64,000 bases of DNA from Candidatus Entotheonellaceae bacterium (GTDB taxonomy: Bacteria; Tectomicrobia; Entotheonellia; Entotheonellales; Entotheonellaceae), in the NCBI GenBank assembly GCA_965238075.1, contig OZ250173.1, forward strand, positions 2,528,001 through 2,592,000, read 5' to 3'. Below the pieces are notes generated by a model. That model saw only the letters and a program-made list of their open reading frames with translations. It did no database searches and had not been told where the DNA came from. How positions within the stretch are numbered: the first letter of the stretch is position 1; every line of letters starts with the position of its first letter. This document shows positions 36,823 through 47,242 of the stretch, in pieces. The position numbers and the translations under genes are program-made.

Positions 36823-37989
36823 ATGTTTGAGCTGACGGAAGCGCAACAAGGGGTGCGGAGTAGCATCGGCCGATTTGCCCGGCGCGAATTGCGCTGGCGG
36901 GCCGGCAAGCTGGACGCCGCACCGCCGGGCTCGGTGGACGTGGACCTGCTGGCGCTGTGTTGTGACGTCGGTCTGCTGTCGGCGCAATTACCCGCCGAAT
37001 ACGGCGGCACCATGGACGGCCTTAGCGCCGCCATCGCGGCTGAAGAGCTGGCCTGCTGGGATGCGGGTACCGCGGCACTGCTCATGGCCAACGGCCAGGC
37101 GCAAGCGGCGGTCTCGCTGTCGGGCAACCGCCGCCTCATGGACCTGATATTCCCCGAAATCGTGGCTGCCGAAACCGCTCGCCAGCCGGCGCTGTGTGCC
37201 CTGGCGTTGAGCGAGCGGCACATGGGCAGCGACCTGCAGCATCCCGACGCGCCGACCACTGGGCGCATGATGGTGGTCGCCAAACAACGCGGCGACGGCT
37301 ACGTGTTGTCGGGCCGCAAGTCCTACTGCGCCGCCGGCAACGCGGCCCGCTGGATTGCCGTTTTCGCCACCCTGAGCGAGGACCGCAGCCCCGCGGGGCT
37401 GACCGGTTTCCTTATTCCCACCGATGCCCCAGGTTTCCACGTTAGCGAGGTGTTGACGACCATGGGCCTGCGGGCCTGCCCGCTGGTGGAATTCTACGTG
37501 GAGAACGTCCGGGTGCCGCGCGAGCATCTGCTGACGGTCGAGGGCGGCGGGGCCGACCTGGTGCGGAAACTACTCGCTCATGGCCGCGCGCAGGCCGCTG
37601 CCATTGCGGTGGGAATCGCTCGCGGCGCTTACGAATTGGCGCACCGGCACGCGGCCGGGCGCGTGCAGGGCGGCGGGCCGATCCTGGGCCATCAGATGGT
37701 GCAGGGCACGCTGGCCGACATGGCCACACGGACCGAGGCGGCGCGTCTGCTGGCCTACAAGGCGGCGTCATGCAATCCGCCGCAATTGGCCTTGAGTTCC
37801 ATGGCCAAGGTGTTTGCCAGCGAAGTTGCCGTACAGGCGGCCGGCGACGCCGTGCAATTGCTCGGCGCTTACGGCACGACCCGCAAATCAGGGGCCGAGA
37901 AGATTTACCGGGACGCCAAAATGACGCAGATCCTCGCCGGCACCAACGATATCTGCCGCTTTGCGGTGACGGCGCCGCTGCGGCAATAG
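36823..37989 (+). CDS. Acyl-CoA dehydrogenase family protein
   Basis: LPAEYGG, ALSERHMGSD, LSGRK, MGLRA, AVQLLGAYG, IYRDAK. Confidence 0.88.
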   Translation: MFELTEAQQGVRSSIGRFARRELRWRAGKLDAAPPGSVDVDLLALCCDVGLLSAQLPAEYGGTMDGLSAAIAAEELACWDAGTAALLMANGQAQAAVSLSGNRRLMDLIFPEIVAAETARQPALCALALSERHMGSDLQHPDAPTTGRMMVVAKQRGDGYVLSGRKSYCAAGNAARWIAVFATLSEDRSPAGLTGFLIPTDAPGFHVSEVLTTMGLRACPLVEFYVENVRVPREHLLTVEGGGADLVRKLLAHGRAQAAAIAVGIARGAYELAHRHAAGRVQGGGPILGHQMVQGTLADMATRTEAARLLAYKAASCNPPQLALSSMAKVFASEVAVQAAGDAVQLLGAYGTTRKSGAEKIYRDAKMTQILAGTNDICRFAVTAPLRQ

Positions 37990-38436
37990 GTAGGGGCGGG
38001 CCTTGTGCCTGCCCTGTAGGTGCCCGCCGGCACGTGACAGCGGGCACCTACAAGGGGTGCCCCTGCAACGGTTGGGGGCGCTTGGACGGGCTGTTTTCAT
38101 AGGAATCCCCCATGGCCTTTGCAAGGCCACATCAAGAGCCATGAAAATGAGTCCCGGAGCGGCCGCCGCCCCCCCTGACAAGGGGGGTTGGGGGGTTACA
38201 CGTTTGCCCTGGGCGGGCCTTGTGCCTGCCCTGTGGACGCCCGCCGGCAGGTGACAGCGGGCACCACAAGGGGTGCCCCTACGACGGTTGGGGGCATTTG
38301 GACGGGCTGTTTTCATAGTAAGCCATCATGGTTCGTCGCCCCGGCCGGAGCTTGCCCCGGACTGGATCCGGGGCCGGGCTCCAGAAGGTTTTGCGGCGTC
38401 GAAGGTCGCTGGATTCCGGCGTGCGCCGGAATGACG
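37990..38436. repeat. Composite REP cluster: GTAG-REP doublets in a ~108-bp direct repeat plus CGTC-REPs
   Basis: 37994-38102 is repeated at 38211-38318; CTGGATTCCGGCGTGCGCCGGAATGACG near 38410. Confidence 0.8.
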
Positions 38437-38497
38437 CTATGTGGGCATCGGACGGTCTGTTTTGGCAATTGCCGAGGACCTTCCTTGATTCGGAGTG

Positions 38498-39262
38498 ATG
38501 CGCGTGGCAAAGACGGCCGGCATCGTGGTGATTGGCAACGAGATTCTCTCCGGCAAGGTGGTGGACGCCAATTCGCCCTATCTGTGTCAGGAACTGCGCC
38601 CGCTGGGGGTGGACGTGCGGCGCATCGTGGTGTTGCCGGACGACATCAAGGTGATAGCCGAGCACGTCGCAGCGTTCGCATCTGCCTTCGACTACGTGCT
38701 GACGACCGGCGGTGTCGGCCCGACGCACGATGACGTCACCATCGAGGCGGTGGCGCGGGGACTGGGCCGGCAAGTGGTCATTCAGCCCGAGTTGAGCGCC
38801 CTGTTGCAGGAACATTGGGCGGAGCGGCCCGCGGCGGTGCGGGACAAGATGGCGAGTGTGCCGGAGGGCACGCAGTTGCTGATGGAGCCCAGCCTGCCTA
38901 TCCCGGTTTTGCTGGTCGGCAACGTGTACGTTTTTCCGGGTATCCCGAAGTTGTTCCGGCGGCTGTTTGACGACATCAAGGAGCGCTTCCGCGAATCGCC
39001 GTATCACGTCCGCCACGTGTACGTGCGGGCCCGGGAGAGCACCTTTGCCCACCATCTGGAGGCCGTGATGGCGGCGTTTCCAGACCTGATGCTGGGCTCC
39101 TATCCCGAGGTCGACAACCCGGCGTACCGGGTCAAGCTCACGCTGGAATCCAAAGATCCGACCTACCTGAAACGGGCGCACGAACACTTGCTGGCGCTGC
39201 TGCCAGCGGATGTCGTGACCGACGTGGCGGCGCCCCAGTCGTGCGGAGGAAATGAGTCGTGA
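38498..39262 (+). CDS. Molybdopterin-binding/CinA N-terminal-like protein
   Basis: IGNEILSGKVVDANS, TTGGVGPTHDDVT, FPGIP, LGSYP. Confidence 0.88.
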   Translation: MRVAKTAGIVVIGNEILSGKVVDANSPYLCQELRPLGVDVRRIVVLPDDIKVIAEHVAAFASAFDYVLTTGGVGPTHDDVTIEAVARGLGRQVVIQPELSALLQEHWAERPAAVRDKMASVPEGTQLLMEPSLPIPVLLVGNVYVFPGIPKLFRRLFDDIKERFRESPYHVRHVYVRARESTFAHHLEAVMAAFPDLMLGSYPEVDNPAYRVKLTLESKDPTYLKRAHEHLLALLPADVVTDVAAPQSCGGNES

Positions 39263-39807
39263 AGATATACACCCGAACGGGTGACGCGGGCGAGACCGGG
39301 CTGTTCGACGGCACGCGGGTGCCCAAAGACGCCGCCCGGGTGGCGGCCTACGGGGATGTGGACGAGTTGAACGCCGTGTTGGGCCTCGCCCTGGCTTTCG
39401 TGCGCGAGGACGACGACTTGCGCCCGTGCCTGCTGACCATCCAGCGCGACCTGTTTACGGTCGGCGCCCAACTGGCCGATCCGAGCGCCAGGGTCGAAGC
39501 CAAGCGCGGCGCCAAGGCCAGCTTTACGGAAGACAAGGTGAGCCAGTTGGAGGAATGGATCGACCGCTTCGAGGCGCAGTTGCAACCGCTGCGGCAGTTC
39601 ATCCTGCCCGGCGGCTCGAAGGGCGGCGCCACCCTGCACCTCGCCCGCACCGTGGGGCGCCGGGCCGAGCGGCGCATCGTGGCGCTGTCGCATGAGGTGG
39701 AGATGGACCCCCTCATTGTGCGGTATATGAATCGGTTGTCGGATTTTCTGTTCGTCGCGGCACGACTGGAGAACCTGCACCGCCGTCACGAGGAAATTCC
39801 CTGGTAA
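39259..39807 (+). CDS. pduO: Cob(I)alamin adenosyltransferase, PduO type
   Basis: KIYTRTGDAGET, AYGDVDELN, FILPGG, RRAERR, NRLSDFLF. Confidence 0.93.
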   Translation: MKIYTRTGDAGETGLFDGTRVPKDAARVAAYGDVDELNAVLGLALAFVREDDDLRPCLLTIQRDLFTVGAQLADPSARVEAKRGAKASFTEDKVSQLEEWIDRFEAQLQPLRQFILPGGSKGGATLHLARTVGRRAERRIVALSHEVEMDPLIVRYMNRLSDFLFVAARLENLHRRHEEIPW

Positions 39808-39818
39808 AGGAGCGCACA

Positions 39819-40349
39819 TTGATTTTCAAGGTAGCTCGATTGGGGCACCCGGTGCTGCGGCAGGTCGCCGAGCCGGTGCCGCCGGATGAGATCACCTCGC
39901 CGGAGGTGCAGCAGTTCATCGACGACATGATCGAAACCATGTATGAGTACGACGGCGCCGGCCTGGCTGCCCCGCAGGTGCACGTGTCGCAGCAGATCGT
40001 GGTGATGGAGGTGGCACAAAACCCGCGCTATCCGAACGCCCCGGACATTCCGCTGACGATCTATATCAACCCGGAAATCACGCCGCTCACCGATGAGAAG
40101 GTGGAGGACTGGGAGGGCTGCCTGAGCGTGCCAGGGATGCGCGGACGGGTGCCGCGGCACACTCGGATTCGCCTGCAGGCATACGACCGCGAGGGGCGGC
40201 GGCTGGACTTCGTGGCGGAAGGATTCCACGCCCGCGTCATTCAACACGAGTGCGATCACGTGCAAGGCAAGGTGTATCTCGACCGCATGACGAGCATGGA
40301 GTCGCTGACCTTCACGGAAGAATTCATCAAGTACGGGATGGGTGAGTAG
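39819..40349 (+). CDS. def: Peptide deformylase
   Basis: GAGLAAPQV, EGCLSVP, QHECDH. Confidence 0.95.
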   Translation: MIFKVARLGHPVLRQVAEPVPPDEITSPEVQQFIDDMIETMYEYDGAGLAAPQVHVSQQIVVMEVAQNPRYPNAPDIPLTIYINPEITPLTDEKVEDWEGCLSVPGMRGRVPRHTRIRLQAYDREGRRLDFVAEGFHARVIQHECDHVQGKVYLDRMTSMESLTFTEEFIKYGMGE

Positions 40350-41439
40350 GGGTAATGGCCGACGGCCGGTTGGGGTCGTTGCGCAGTTGGGCGAGGGCCC
40401 AGGCGGCGTGTTCGCGGATCAGCGGTTCCTCGTCCTGCAGCAGGTCTTCCAGCACGGGGATGAAGGCGGGATTGCCGGAGTTGCCCATCGCCACGCAGAC
40501 GTTGCGCAGCAGGCCGCGCCGTTTGGGGCGTTCGAGGGCGGTGCCGCGGAAGCGCTGCTTGAAGGCTTCGGGGGTCAAACGGGCCAGTTCTTCGAGGTCC
40601 GGGTGCACGTGCTCCGGGCGGGGTTGCAGCCCGGGTTCGGCAGTGAAATGGCGTTTGCGGTTCCAGGGGCAGACGTCCTGGCAGATGTCGCAGCCCAGAA
40701 CGTGGTTGCCCATGGGCGCGCGCAGGGCTTCGGGAATCGCGCTCTTGAGCTCGATCGTCAGGTAGGAAATGCAGCGCCGGGCGTCGAGGACGTACGGTTC
40801 GGGGAACGCTTCGGTGGGGCAGGCGTCGAGGCAGCGGGTGCAGGTGCCGCAGTGGTCGGGCGTTGGGCTGTCGATGTCCAGCGGCACCGTCAGAACGAGG
40901 ACGCCGAGGAGCAGCCAGGAGCCGAGACGCTTGTCGAGCAGGCAGGTGTTCTTGCCGAACCAGCCGAGGCCGGCGTATTTCGCATACACCCGCTCGACCA
41001 CCGGCCCGGTATCCACATACAGCTTGCCGGCCGCCGCCGATGGTAGCAGGGTGGCCGCGAAGTCCCGCAGCCGTTCCAGCTTGTCCTGCAGCACCCCGTG
41101 GTAATCCTCGCCCCAGGCGTAACGCGCCACCCAGCCGCGTCCAGGATCAGCGTGCTTGGTGGAGTAAGGGTAGGGGGTGTCGTAGTTCAGCCCGCACACC
41201 ACGACCGACCGAGCGCCCGGCAGCACCTTCTGGAGATCGCTGCGGCGTTCCTGGGTGCGAGACAGATAGTGCATGTCTCCGGCATAGCCCGCGGCCAGCC
41301 ATTTTTCATAGAATTGCAGTTCCGGGCTATCCTGCGCCGGCGCGACGCCCACCAGATCGAAGCCCAACTCCAGGGCGTGTTGTTTGATGCGTCGGGTCAG
41401 TTCGCGACGGGAGGTCCGGGACGGGGAAGGAAGGGTCAT
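40327..41439 (-). CDS. queG: Epoxyqueuosine reductase
   Basis: ARYAWGEDYH, VDTGPVVER, CGTCTRCLDACPT, RCISYLTIE, GCDICQDVCPWN. Confidence 0.95.
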   Translation of the reverse strand: MTLPSPSRTSRRELTRRIKQHALELGFDLVGVAPAQDSPELQFYEKWLAAGYAGDMHYLSRTQERRSDLQKVLPGARSVVVCGLNYDTPYPYSTKHADPGRGWVARYAWGEDYHGVLQDKLERLRDFAATLLPSAAAGKLYVDTGPVVERVYAKYAGLGWFGKNTCLLDKRLGSWLLLGVLVLTVPLDIDSPTPDHCGTCTRCLDACPTEAFPEPYVLDARRCISYLTIELKSAIPEALRAPMGNHVLGCDICQDVCPWNRKRHFTAEPGLQPRPEHVHPDLEELARLTPEAFKQRFRGTALERPKRRGLLRNVCVAMGNSGNPAFIPVLEDLLQDEEPLIREHAAWALAQLRNDPNRPSAITPTHPSRT

Positions 41440-41519
41440 CTGTCTTCTGCTCTCGCGTCATGGCGGCCCAATTTATTCTGGACGAATGGTCGAACGGCAG
41501 TATAATACACCCTGATCAT

Positions 41520-41595
41520 TCCCCGGTAGCTCAGTTGGCAGAGCGGTTGGCTGTTAACCAACTTGTCGCTGGTTCGAGTCCGGCCCGGGGAGCCA
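41520..41595 (+). tRNA. tRNA-Asn (GTT)
   Basis: TCCCCGG acceptor stem, D arm, CTGTTAA anticodon loop, GGTTCGAGTCC, encoded CCA; TATAAT at 41501. Confidence 0.97.
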
Positions 41596-41630
41596 ACTTT
41601 TCGACCGTTAACGCTTGCGGCTTTATAGTC

Positions 41631-41672
41631 AACGCGAGACCCCGACAGGATCACCCGTCGGGGTCTCGCGTT
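41631..41672. terminator. GC-rich hairpin after tRNA-Asn
   Basis: AACGCGAGACCCCGAC-loop-GTCGGGGTCTCGCGTT. Confidence 0.6.
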
Positions 41673-42339
41673 GGTGGCGCATCTTCAGCCGTTTGCACTT
41701 CCCCCCACATTTTATGGCCCTTCGGTATGCACAGCTGCCCAACATGCTGGAATTTACAGCAGCTTGACACCCTCCAAGCGTGCCGCCTGCCGATCGAAGG
41801 TGTCCAGCGGATGGGCGCCAGATCGTTCGGCCGCTGCCAGGATCATCAGGTCGAAAAATCCGGCCCTCGCCGTCCGATAGCGAAACGCCCCACGGGTCAC
41901 ACTTCCAGGAGAGCAACGAGACCGTCGCCCGGGCGGCGTGAACGACCTGTCGCCGTGCTGCGGAGACGCCGGGGCGGGGGAGGAGAAGCTCCCGAGCCCT
42001 TGAATACGCGTGCAGCCTGTTGACAGCCCTGACGCGCAGCGTGCCGCCAGCACCCGGGTGAGCAGTGTCTGGAAAGACGATCCGGATAGCCTGGTACCAA
42101 CCTCGGAAAGGGGGACTTATCGAACGAGGGAGCGGAAGTGCGCTTGACAATAGCTTTCGCTTTTGTATTTTATGGGAGTAGGCGATGATTGAATGAAAGA
42201 ATTAGTCTTCATGGTGATTGCAGCAGGTTTAAAATCTTTGCGCTTTAGTCGAATAAATGGTCAGTTTAGCGCAGACTGACGCTTGTACATTTTGTCGCGC
42301 AGCTGGAGTGTAGCTACCAACTGTTGGAGAGGGGCACCG

Positions 42340-45300
42340 ATGACGCAGCTTCGGGCGCGACGCCATGCTGGAAGGGCGGGACTCTCAGGACTGCTGAACA
42401 GAAGCAGTTCACGGCTTGGAGATATTCTCGCAGGACTGACGGCTTTAATGCTGATATTGGCCATCGCGGTCGTGTCTATCGCGGTGCTGCCGGGGGTCGC
42501 CCTCGCTGCGGCGCCTGCGACGCCGTCGTGGGCTACCGACCCGGTAGTAAGCGGCGACGGAACGATGACGCTCGACTGGAAAAGCGCCACCGGCGCGACG
42601 GGCTACCAGTATCGCTACACCAACTCCGTAGTCGGGTTTTTTGAGTGTACCGTCACCTGCGTTAGGTCCGATTGGGCTGCCACTGACGGCGGCCTCGATC
42701 ATGTCATCTCAAAGGGCACTCTAACCGTCGGCACCACCTACTGGTTCCAGGTCCGAGCGGTCAACACCAACGACGATCCGGAGACCTACAGCGATCCATC
42801 CGAGACCAGAAGCGCCAGGCAGCGCGCGACGCCCCCGGCGGTAAAAAACTTATCCGCAACCGCCGGTGACGCACAGGTCACGCTGACCTGGACCGATCTC
42901 GCCGCTTACGACATCGTAAACTATCAGTACATCCAGTCCTCTGACGACGGCAGCAGCTGGACAGATTGGGAGGTCTTGACCCACAGCGTAAACGGCGCTA
43001 CCGCCACTGGCACGGTGTTAGGTCTGTCCAATGGGACCACCTATTCTTTCCAGGTGCGCGGCACCAACCACGTCGCGGGTTCTACCCGTGAAGGGCCTGG
43101 TAGCGAAACCGTTTCCGCCACACCGAGCGGCCCGCCGGCCGCGCCGGCTGACCTGAGAGCCACGGCCCAAAACGGGTCGGTCCGGTTGCGCTGGAATGAG
43201 CCTAATGACGACGATATTGACAAGTACCAAATACGTCAGAAGGAAAAGCCGGTCGGCGCCGAGTACGGCGATTTCTCCAATTGGGCGGATATCCCCTCCA
43301 GCGACGCCGATACCACAGACCACACGGTGTCCTCCCTGACCAACGGCACCGAATACACCTTTGAGGTGCGGGCCGTCGACTCCGATCGGGCCGGACCGGC
43401 GTCCTCAGCCATTGCCATGCCGACCGGCGCGGCCAGGGCACCGTCACAGATGTCCAACGTGCGGTACACGGTTACCGGGGTGACCGACGGCTCTGGCGGA
43501 ACGGTGACGTTTATCTGGGACGACCCGGGTGAGGGGTTCGCCAATAGGTACGAATACCGCCACAAGTGCCAAAACCCCCAGGTAAGCTGCGACAACACGT
43601 TCACCACCGAGAGTTGGATCAACGCCGCTGACAGGTCATCGTCGGTAGTGGCAGATGACAGCTTTTCGATGACCATCCCCGGCAACAACTCCGTGGTGTA
43701 CTTCCAGTTGCGGGCCGTGAACGCCACGCCGAATCCGGATCTACCGGGCCCGGTAACTGCCGTGACGGTCAGTCGCTCCAACACGCCGGGCACGTCGACG
43801 CCGCCACCGGATGCGCCCACGGGTTTCAGCGCAGCCGCGGAATGGGACGACACCAACACCCAGTGGGACATAGTCCTCAGTTGGACCGATCCCAGCGATA
43901 CCGATATCGACAAGTACCAGTACCGCCAAAGCACTGATGGCGGTGGCAACTGGAACCCGGACTGGACAGACATCGATCCGAGTGATGCCAGCACCGTAAG
44001 GCATAGAATCAATGGCGTCACCGCCAGCACCACATATACCTTCCAAATCCGCGCGGTCGATACCGATCTGGGTGACAGAGGCGCCGGAGCTTTATCGAGA
44101 TCGGAGGCTACTACCCCAGGCGCTCCCAACGCCCCCACCCTCGACTCTGCAACCGCGACGGACGACACCACCACCGTCGATGTCAACGAGGCCGAAACTG
44201 AGATTGTGTTGTCCTGGACAGCCGGTGCAGGCATCACCGGCGTAGTGGTCGATGATTACGAATACCGTCAGTTCGTAAGCGGCGACGCGTCCTGGAGCGC
44301 GTGGAATTCCATCTCCGGGGACGGCAGTGAAACTACATATACAGTAACCAAGTTGGTTGCCAGTACAACCTACGACTTCCAGTTGCGGGCCAAGGCCGGC
44401 AGTCTCGCCAGCGACCCCTCTGAAACCGTCAGCGCCAAGACTGCGGTCCCGGCGGAGGGAGTTCCGCAGCCCGAGCCGCCCACGGGCTTGCGTGCTACCG
44501 CCGGTAATGAGCAGGTAACGCTCGATTGGGGCCACCCGAATCCAGGCGAAGTCAAATGGTACCGCTATCGGTTTGCCGAAGGCAACGATGCGTCCTCGGG
44601 CGAGTGGCAGCAGATACCCGGCACTGGTGCCACGATGACTTACACGGTGACCGGTCTTGAAAACGGCACCACCTACAACTTCCAGGTGCAGGCTGCTGGC
44701 GGCGGTGATGACAACGTGAGTGCGGCATCCGAAACCGCCACCGCCACCGCCACGCCGAGGCGACCGCGGGGCGGCGGATCGCTGCCACAACCCCCATCCG
44801 CTCCAGCGGGACTGACCGTGACGCCTGGCAACGGTCAGGCAACGCTTGCTTGGAACGATCCGCAGGACCCGAGCATCACCGGTTACGTATACACGCAGAC
44901 CCCGGGCGACCCGTCGGGGCATCGCATTGCAGTCCCGGCAGTCGTGGACGGCCGGATGACCCACACGGTTACCGGGCTCACCAACGGCGTCGAGTACGCT
45001 TTCCAGCTTCGGGCCGAGACTGCCGCGGGCCTTGGTGCGGCATTGGCGAGCGTCGCGGTGATGCCGATGGCGCCGCTCACCGTGAATTTTGCGCAAGCGG
45101 AGTACACGGTTGGCGAAGGGGACGAGACCAGCGTGGAAGTCCGGATATCCCCGGCAGCGGACCGCCGGGTGGTGGTGCCGCTGACGGTGACACATCAAGG
45201 CGGCGCGACGAGCAGGGACTACGACGAGATTCCCGCCTCCATCGTGTTTGAGGTAGGCGCCACCGCGGCCGCGGTGGCGGTGGCGGCGCTGGCGGATCAG

Positions 45301-46857
45301 GCGGACGATCCCGATGAGAGCATCGTTATTGGATTTGGGTCGCTGCCGGGGGTGGTGAGCGCCGGCGAGCCGTCAACCACGACCGTCAGGTTCCTGAATC
45401 GGCGCAGGACAGCGCAGTTCGAGGATTCGCTGGAGGTGATTCTGGAGGCGATGGCGCGCTCGAGGGCCGCGAGCGCTCAGACGGCGGTGGAGTCGCGCTT
45501 CGAGCGCTATCGCCAGTTGGGGCGGCTGAGGTCGTTCGCCGCCACTGCTTCCGGGGACGGGCCGTTCTCTGGTGAGGCCGAAGCCCACGCCCTCGCCAGG
45601 GCTGACGCCACCGCGGCGCCGGACCGGGCGTGGTCAGAGAGCCCATTGGCCAAGGGGCTTGATTTGCCCGGGCTCTCACAGGTTTCTTTTGAACTGCTGG
45701 GGAACCATGGTGAGCAGGGCCAAGGCGGCAAGTCCTGGATGCCGACGGTTTGGGGCCAAGGCGACCTGCAACACTTCAGCGACACCGTCACGGCCAAGGG
45801 ACTGGACTACCAGGGCAGACTGAGTGCCGCCCATATGGGTCTGGACCTTTATACCGGGGAGCACGTGTTGTTGGGCGTCTCCTACATGCATAGCTGGGGC
45901 GATGTGGACTACACCGCCGACGGGACGGATGGCGTCTTGGAGGATAGCCTGGACACGATTCACCCGTATCTGTACTGGCAGCCCAGTGAGCGCTTCAGCG
46001 TATGGGGCATGGGCGGCTGGGGCAGCGGTCAAGTCGAGGTCACGGAGTCGCAAGGGACGTACGACTTCGATGCTGACTTCCGGATGCTCTCGGGCGGACT
46101 GCGCTCGGTGCTCATCAAGGGGAGCCGCACGCAGTTGGGTCTGCGCGCGGATGCGTTCACGGCGAGTCTTGAGACCCAGGCCGCCCAGGGTATCCGTCGG
46201 GTAACGGGCACCGCCAACCGCGGTCGCCTGATGCTGGAACTGGTCCACGACAGGCCCCTGGCGGCGGGAAGATCGCTCAGCTTGAAGGTGGAAGCCGGCG
46301 GCCGCTTCGACCGCGGCGAGGCCGATGAGGGCGCGGGAGCGGAAACCGGCTTGCGGCTCGCGTTCCTGGATGCGGTCAGCGGCCTGGACCTGGCCCTGCA
46401 TGGACGGGTGCTGCTGGTGCACGAGTGGCAAGACTACCGCGACTGGGGATGGGGCGTACAGGTGAGTTGGGACCCGGGGCGGAAGCACCGGGGTCTACAT
46501 CTGTCGATGATGTCCTCGCAGGGGCATCATGTCGGCGGCAAGACGACGCTGTGGGACAACTCGGCTGCCATCACTCGTTCGCTGGACACGAATTACTTGG
46601 CTGCCGCTTCTCAGACCCTCATGGACGGCGAGGTGGCCTACGGCTTCGACACGCGCGGCGGTGGGCTGCTGACGCCCTACAGCCGTATGCGGTGGGCTGG
46701 GCAGAGCCGCGAGTTGCGCTTGGGTACCCGGTATAGCCTGCCTAGCCGCTCGATTCTGGGCAGGTCCTTGGCGCTCGGTTTGGAAGGCATGAGGCGGGAA
46801 AACTTAACGGATCTAGACAATCCGGAGTTTGCGCTCCAATTGTATCTCTCCTTATGA
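42340..46857 (+). CDS. Surface protein: about 8 fibronectin type III domains, Calx-beta-like domain, autotransporter-like beta-barrel
   Basis: Signal peptide; repeated P-x-x-P...VTLxW...Y-x-FQVRA; VNFAQAEYTVGEG; VWGQGD, HPYLYW barrel strands. Confidence 0.85.
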   Translation: MTQLRARRHAGRAGLSGLLNRSSSRLGDILAGLTALMLILAIAVVSIAVLPGVALAAAPATPSWATDPVVSGDGTMTLDWKSATGATGYQYRYTNSVVGFFECTVTCVRSDWAATDGGLDHVISKGTLTVGTTYWFQVRAVNTNDDPETYSDPSETRSARQRATPPAVKNLSATAGDAQVTLTWTDLAAYDIVNYQYIQSSDDGSSWTDWEVLTHSVNGATATGTVLGLSNGTTYSFQVRGTNHVAGSTREGPGSETVSATPSGPPAAPADLRATAQNGSVRLRWNEPNDDDIDKYQIRQKEKPVGAEYGDFSNWADIPSSDADTTDHTVSSLTNGTEYTFEVRAVDSDRAGPASSAIAMPTGAARAPSQMSNVRYTVTGVTDGSGGTVTFIWDDPGEGFANRYEYRHKCQNPQVSCDNTFTTESWINAADRSSSVVADDSFSMTIPGNNSVVYFQLRAVNATPNPDLPGPVTAVTVSRSNTPGTSTPPPDAPTGFSAAAEWDDTNTQWDIVLSWTDPSDTDIDKYQYRQSTDGGGNWNPDWTDIDPSDASTVRHRINGVTASTTYTFQIRAVDTDLGDRGAGALSRSEATTPGAPNAPTLDSATATDDTTTVDVNEAETEIVLSWTAGAGITGVVVDDYEYRQFVSGDASWSAWNSISGDGSETTYTVTKLVASTTYDFQLRAKAGSLASDPSETVSAKTAVPAEGVPQPEPPTGLRATAGNEQVTLDWGHPNPGEVKWYRYRFAEGNDASSGEWQQIPGTGATMTYTVTGLENGTTYNFQVQAAGGGDDNVSAASETATATATPRRPRGGGSLPQPPSAPAGLTVTPGNGQATLAWNDPQDPSITGYVYTQTPGDPSGHRIAVPAVVDGRMTHTVTGLTNGVEYAFQLRAETAAGLGAALASVAVMPMAPLTVNFAQAEYTVGEGDETSVEVRISPAADRRVVVPLTVTHQGGATSRDYDEIPASIVFEVGATAAAVAVAALADQADDPDESIVIGFGSLPGVVSAGEPSTTTVRFLNRRRTAQFEDSLEVILEAMARSRAASAQTAVESRFERYRQLGRLRSFAATASGDGPFSGEAEAHALARADATAAPDRAWSESPLAKGLDLPGLSQVSFELLGNHGEQGQGGKSWMPTVWGQGDLQHFSDTVTAKGLDYQGRLSAAHMGLDLYTGEHVLLGVSYMHSWGDVDYTADGTDGVLEDSLDTIHPYLYWQPSERFSVWGMGGWGSGQVEVTESQGTYDFDADFRMLSGGLRSVLIKGSRTQLGLRADAFTASLETQAAQGIRRVTGTANRGRLMLELVHDRPLAAGRSLSLKVEAGGRFDRGEADEGAGAETGLRLAFLDAVSGLDLALHGRVLLVHEWQDYRDWGWGVQVSWDPGRKHRGLHLSMMSSQGHHVGGKTTLWDNSAAITRSLDTNYLAAASQTLMDGEVAYGFDTRGGGLLTPYSRMRWAGQSRELRLGTRYSLPSRSILGRSLALGLEGMRRENLTDLDNPEFALQLYLSL

Positions 46858-47242
46858 GGCCCTCGGCCTAGCCGGTCGCGCGCCGTTCCGTTGGCCGCGA
46901 CCGGCAGGCCGGAAGATTCAAGACGCTTCCTTCCTACGTCCCACCCCCAGAACCGCCGGTAGCCCGTTTCATCCGCTCCAATTGCCGTTAGGACTGGCAC
47001 GTTCTGAGTCTTGCCGTCCCACCGCGCCTGAGCGCCATGCCGTCCGGCTCCACGCATCCCCCTTGATCGCCTGGTTCCGCCCAGCCCGTGTTGATACCCG
47101 TCAACGCTCCAGCAACTCCGACAGTTTCACCTGTTCTGCATCGGCTCCCCGGTGCAGAACCACCCCGAAGGCGGGAAAGACGCCTTTGAGACGAGATATC
47201 TCAAGTACGGCTTCTGAGGGCAGCCCTGAAGGAGGAAGAACC

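Noticed and set aside
41680-42280. ORFs between tRNA-Asn and the autotransporter
   Set aside because: No recognisable motifs or RBS; probably non-coding or decayed
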